Under the pieces are notes generated by a model, which ran no database searches, was not told the DNA's origin, and saw only the letters and a program-made list of their open reading frames with translations. Below, piece after piece: positions 63,946 through 64,000 of a stretch of 64,000 nucleotides of DNA. The stretch is taken from the NCBI RefSeq assembly GCF_006345805.1, contig NC_043002.1, positions 43,400,001 to 43,464,000 of the forward strand, written 5' to 3'. This DNA is from Octopus sinensis. Taxonomy: Eukaryota. How positions within the stretch are numbered: position 1 is the first letter of the stretch; each line of letters begins with the position of its first letter. The position numbers were made by a program, and so were the translations under genes.

Positions 63946-64000
63946 ACACACACATACGAAATGAAGTGGCATTCAACACATTTGTTAGGAGTGTCATATA

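Overview
AT-rich, microsatellite-dense eukaryotic DNA with one 100-N assembly gap (29848-29947). The SINE families and repeat texture suggest an octopus or other coleoid cephalopod; this is an inference from sequence style, not a database match. Nearly all ORF-track entries are microsatellite artefacts or transposon remnants. The only host coding sequence I can support is a 79-nt first coding exon (12319-12397, +) of an SLC7/L-type amino-acid transporter (MGEETVKLKKNLGLMSGITLIVGTMIG). Its next exon was not found in the following ~51 kb, so most of the window is probably intron. The rest is layered TE debris: at least four RTE-clade LINE families (one with a PHD finger inside the RT), two Tx1/L1 fragments, an R4/Dong-like endonuclease fragment, Penelope-like fragments with decayed minimal hammerhead motifs, Tc1 and mariner fossils, MITEs, Helitron-like elements and more than 25 tRNA-derived SINEs. 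The most notable observations are a Tx1 copy inside a (GATA)n array with an apparent empty-site paralogue 3.5 kb away, several long fold-back structures including a pri-miRNA-shaped hairpin, and an RTE insertion with a ~70-bp target-site duplication. I found no CRISPR array, rRNA gene, true tRNA gene or intact autonomous element, and I cannot claim a confirmed new biological system.
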